6,933 nt of DNA from a virus (lineage: Duplodnaviria; Heunggongvirae; Uroviricota; Caudoviricetes). Position 1 is the stretch's first letter. Every line of letters starts with the position of its first letter. The translations under genes were made by a program, and so were the position numbers. Below, piece after piece: positions 4,554 through 6,933 of the stretch. The stretch lies in the IMG/VR virus record IMGVR_UViG_2548876700_000016; one strand, 5' to 3'. The notes beneath the pieces were generated by a model. That model was not told the DNA's origin, ran no database searches, and saw only the letters and a program-made list of their open reading frames with translations.

Positions 4554-5780
4554 TTAATCTCTATTCATTACAGGTAACAGAACCACATTTTGATGATTAC
4601 CCGCAAGAAGTTCTAATCGTTCATACCACTTATTCAGCGCGTCCAGCTTCTCAGGCAAGTACAGACTACGGTTATAAATCGCCATAACTCCCGGCATTGA
4701 GTGCCCCAACAACTGTTCGACAACGTGTGGTGCTATACCCATATTATTCATATGCGTTGCTAAAGTTCGTCTTAGATCGTGCAGTGTCCATGGTTCAGAA
4801 TGCCCCAGCTTTTTATAAACGCTACGGCCCCACTGGCTTACCGCTTCACTGCCTTTAACCGACCCAAGCAAAAGACCGGATAGTTTCGTTTCATCATGCA
4901 GTATTTCAATGAATTTGCGCATGGCATCCGGCACAGGTCTTACAATCTTCTCGCCGCCCTTGCTGTGCTCTTTGGGAACTGTCCAGACCCAGGCATCCAT
5001 ATCCCATTCACTCCACTCTGATAGTCTGGCCTCCTGCGTTCGGCACCCAAACACCATTAAGATTGTCAGTAGCCTGGTGTAGTAAGGCATGAAGCAAGTG
5101 CTAGAGGTAATGGCAGTCCATAAATCGCCAGCCTCTTTATCGTTTAATACCCGATCTTTTTTTGCCTGTTTTTTACCGACATCTGGAATTGTTAAATCTT
5201 CAAGCGCGGTACTCACAGCATAGCGACGAACCCGGCAGAATTTCAGGGCTTGTTTGCACATCTGGAACACATAACCTGCGGCGACTGGCGTTTTCTTTTT
5301 CATCCTGTCAAAGCAGTCAAGCCAGTATCGGGTTTCGCAGTCAGCGAGCGCCATTTTTCCAATGTAAGGGTAAATATGTTTGCGTAGCTCCGCTTTATGC
5401 CGCTCAACATTCGCGCGATTCTCTTCTGCATATTCACGTATCCAGTATTCGATAGCTTCCTGCACCGTGACCGGTTTAAGCGTTTCCTGAGTAGTTAGCG
5501 CCAACTGGTGCTTTGGGTCTTTACCTGAGGCCAGCCACTGGCGGCATTTATCACGCGAGGAACGGGCCTCTTTGAGGCTCATATCCGGGTATCGTCCCAG
5601 AGTAAGACGATGCAACTTCTGCCCGTCGAGTCGGTAAGTAAACACCCAGCTAATACCACCAGCTTTCGTTACCTTGGCACTCAGCCCGGCACCATCAGCA
5701 TAGAACTCAATCTTACTGGCCGGGATGCCATGTAATCCCTTTAACTTCCTGTCGCTCAGTTTGTTAAGTTCGCCAGCCAT
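4554..5780 (-). CDS. int: Tyrosine recombinase/integrase, P4-type with an N-terminal arm-binding domain (408 aa from Met at 5780; the track ORF extends to 5864)
   Basis: C-terminal catalytic signature HDLRRT ... LLGHS ... AIYNRS (R, H-x-x-R, H, Y). N-terminal pattern L-x-D-x-K...DG-x-GL...W...YR...G-K...LG-x-YP-x-x-SL-x-x-AR typical of P4/CP4-type integrases. The Mets at 5864 and 5840 lack an SD; the Met at 5780 has a weak GGTGG. Confidence 0.85.
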   Translation of the reverse strand: MAGELNKLSDRKLKGLHGIPASKIEFYADGAGLSAKVTKAGGISWVFTYRLDGQKLHRLTLGRYPDMSLKEARSSRDKCRQWLASGKDPKHQLALTTQETLKPVTVQEAIEYWIREYAEENRANVERHKAELRKHIYPYIGKMALADCETRYWLDCFDRMKKKTPVAAGYVFQMCKQALKFCRVRRYAVSTALEDLTIPDVGKKQAKKDRVLNDKEAGDLWTAITSSTCFMPYYTRLLTILMVFGCRTQEARLSEWSEWDMDAWVWTVPKEHSKGGEKIVRPVPDAMRKFIEILHDETKLSGLLLGSVKGSEAVSQWGRSVYKKLGHSEPWTLHDLRRTLATHMNNMGIAPHVVEQLLGHSMPGVMAIYNRSLYLPEKLDALNKWYERLELLAGNHQNVVLLPVMNRD

Positions 5781-5797
5781 AGACCACCAGCCCAAAG

Positions 5798-5819
5798 TGT
5801 TTATACAAATGTTTATACA
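5798..5819. repeat. Tandem direct repeat TGTTTATACA x2 (12-bp period) upstream of the int start
   Basis: tgtttatacaaa / tgtttatacag at 5798-5819, about 20 nt upstream of the int ATG in an AT-rich junction-proximal region. The position fits integrase arm-type or IHF-like sites; this is inference. Confidence 0.3.
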
Positions 5820-5947
5820 GAATTGCTTGCATAATAGCATAAACAAAGAAAAACACTGGAACAATATACAGGCATAAATTTAAATAAGCCATTGATTATT
5901 ATATAAATACTAAAATCACCTAAAAGCATGAAAACAGCTAATCTGAC

Positions 5948-5964
5948 AGTACGGCATGAACTAA
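5948..5964 (+). other. fis: Displaced 3'-terminal fragment of fis (..YGMN-stop): candidate att core and right boundary of the integrated element
   Basis: TAC GGC ATG AAC TAA at 5950-5964 encodes YGMN-stop, the C-terminus of Fis as I recall it. An in-frame TGA at 5944-5946 and unrelated upstream sequence show that the rest of fis is not here. Downstream is the native-looking terminator and yhdJ. Confidence 0.5.
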
Positions 5965-5990
5965 TTCAGGTTAGCTAATTGCTTGATTAA

Positions 5991-6026
5991 AAGGCGCTAC
6001 TCGGCATGGGGAAGCGCCTTTTTTAT
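5991..6026 (+). terminator. Rho-independent terminator (the native fis terminator in its chromosomal context)
   Basis: AAGGCGCT (5991-5998) / AGCGCCTT (6013-6020), 8-bp perfect stem with a 14-nt loop, followed by TTTTTTAT. Confidence 0.7.
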
Positions 6027-6048
6027 AGGTGTCACAAAGGGAGTGACC

Positions 6049-6933
6049 ATGAGAACAGGATGTGAACCGACCCGGTTTGGTAATGAAGCTAAGACCATTA
6101 TTCACGGTGATGCCCTTGCCGAACTTAAAAAGCTACCTACTGAAAGCGTCGATCTGATCTTTGCCGACCCACCGTATAACATCGGTAAAAATTTTGATGG
6201 TCTGATCGAAGCCTGGAAAGAAGATCTGTTTATCGACTGGCTGTTAGAAGTGATTGCAGAGTGCCACCGCGTTCTGAAAAAGCAGGGCAGCATGTACATC
6301 ATGAACAGTACGGAAAACATGCCCTTTATCGATCTCCAGTGCCGCAAGCTTTTTACCATCAAAAGTCGCATCGTCTGGTCATATGACAGTTCTGGAGTGC
6401 AGGCGAAAAAACACTACGGCTCCATGTACGAACCCATCCTGATGATGGTGAAAGACGCAAAGAACTACACATTCAACGGTGATGCTATTCTGGTAGAAGC
6501 CAAAACCGGATCGCAGCGCGCGTTGATCGATTATCGCAAAAATCCTCCACAGCCTTACAATCATCAAAAAGTACCGGGTAACGTCTGGGATTTTCCGCGC
6601 GTGCGTTATTTGATGGATGAATATGAAAACCACCCGACGCAAAAACCGGAAGCCTTACTGAAACGCATTATTCTCGCCTCTTCCAACCCAGGCGATATCG
6701 TTCTCGACCCGTTTGCTGGTAGCTTTACTACCGGTGCCGTAGCCATCGCCAGCGGACGAAAATTCATTGGTATTGAGATCAACAGCGAGTACATCAAAAT
6801 GGGGCTTCGACGGCTGGATGTCGCGTCGCATTACTCTGCGGAAGAACTGGCGAAAGTGAAAAAAAGAAAGACCGGCAACCTGTCAAAACGAAGCCGGTTA
6901 AGCGAAGTTGACCCCGATCTCATTACAAAGTAA
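6049..6933 (+). CDS. yhdJ: DNA N6-adenine methyltransferase YhdJ (294 aa)
   Basis: Recognised as YhdJ from MRTGCEPTRFGNEAKTIIHGDALAELKK... and the DPPY motif (LIFADPPYNIG). AAGGGAG SD 7 nt upstream of ATG at 6049. The track ORF (5983-6933) adds an N-terminal extension that runs through the upstream terminator and is not credible. Confidence 0.9.
   Translation: MRTGCEPTRFGNEAKTIIHGDALAELKKLPTESVDLIFADPPYNIGKNFDGLIEAWKEDLFIDWLLEVIAECHRVLKKQGSMYIMNSTENMPFIDLQCRKLFTIKSRIVWSYDSSGVQAKKHYGSMYEPILMMVKDAKNYTFNGDAILVEAKTGSQRALIDYRKNPPQPYNHQKVPGNVWDFPRVRYLMDEYENHPTQKPEALLKRIILASSNPGDIVLDPFAGSFTTGAVAIASGRKFIGIEINSEYIKMGLRRLDVASHYSAEELAKVKKRKTGNLSKRSRLSEVDPDLITK

Noticed and set aside
4490-5455. Plus-strand ORFs 4490-4687 and 5162-5455
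   Set aside because: Antisense to the integrase gene, whose catalytic motifs fix the coding strand. No SD.
5781-5864. N-terminal extension of the integrase ORF (28 extra codons, MFQCFSLFMLLCKQFCINICINTLGWWS)
   Set aside because: Neither upstream Met has an SD, the extension is Cys/Phe-rich and unlike integrase N-termini, and it would occupy the AT-rich repeat region. The Met at 5780 gives a typical P4-type N-terminus.
5983-6048. N-terminal extension of the yhdJ ORF (track ORF starts at 5983, giving 316 aa)
   Set aside because: The extension runs through the rho-independent terminator at 5991-6026 and has no SD. The Met at 6049 has an AAGGGAG SD and matches the known YhdJ N-terminus (MRTGCEPTRF...).
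6102-6797. Minus-strand ORFs 6102-6371, 6379-6642 and 6606-6797
   Set aside because: Antisense to yhdJ, which is confidently recognised on the plus strand.
1-6933. tRNA, rRNA, CRISPR array or IS element, and a tRNA-type integration site
   Set aside because: I looked for cloverleaf-like conserved tRNA features near the integrase, short regularly spaced direct repeats, and terminal inverted repeats with a transposase, and saw none. The integrase abuts a fis 3' fragment instead of a tRNA. A covariance-model scan (tRNAscan-SE, Infernal) would confirm this.

Overview
This window looks like the right-hand end of an integrative element inserted at the 3' end of fis, followed by the host gene yhdJ. 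The last codons of fis (TAC GGC ATG AAC TAA, i.e. ...YGMN-stop) sit at 5950-5964, then the native terminator (5991-6026) and yhdJ (6049-6933, + strand). Everything to the left is element DNA, read from the junction leftwards on the minus strand: a P4-type tyrosine integrase (4554-5780); an AT-rich 309-aa orphan protein of no recognisable family (3531-4460); an AlpA-family regulator (3108-3392); and a Rha-family regulatory protein (2377-3087). Further left is a small plus-strand bicistron encoding an Arc/Mnt-type ribbon-helix-helix protein (1656-1847) and a 50-aa single-pass membrane peptide (1869-2021). A divergent control region (1517-1655) carries a perfect 14-bp inverted repeat and a candidate antisense small RNA. 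Left of that is a minus-strand operon of small, translationally coupled hypothetical genes (1-1516), including two paralogous proteins. I found no tRNA, rRNA, CRISPR array or IS element. The most likely place for an undescribed system is the orphan gene between the integrase and alpA, with the RHH/membrane-peptide/antisense-RNA module second. All functional calls rest on reading motifs by eye and recalling family signatures; no database search was run.
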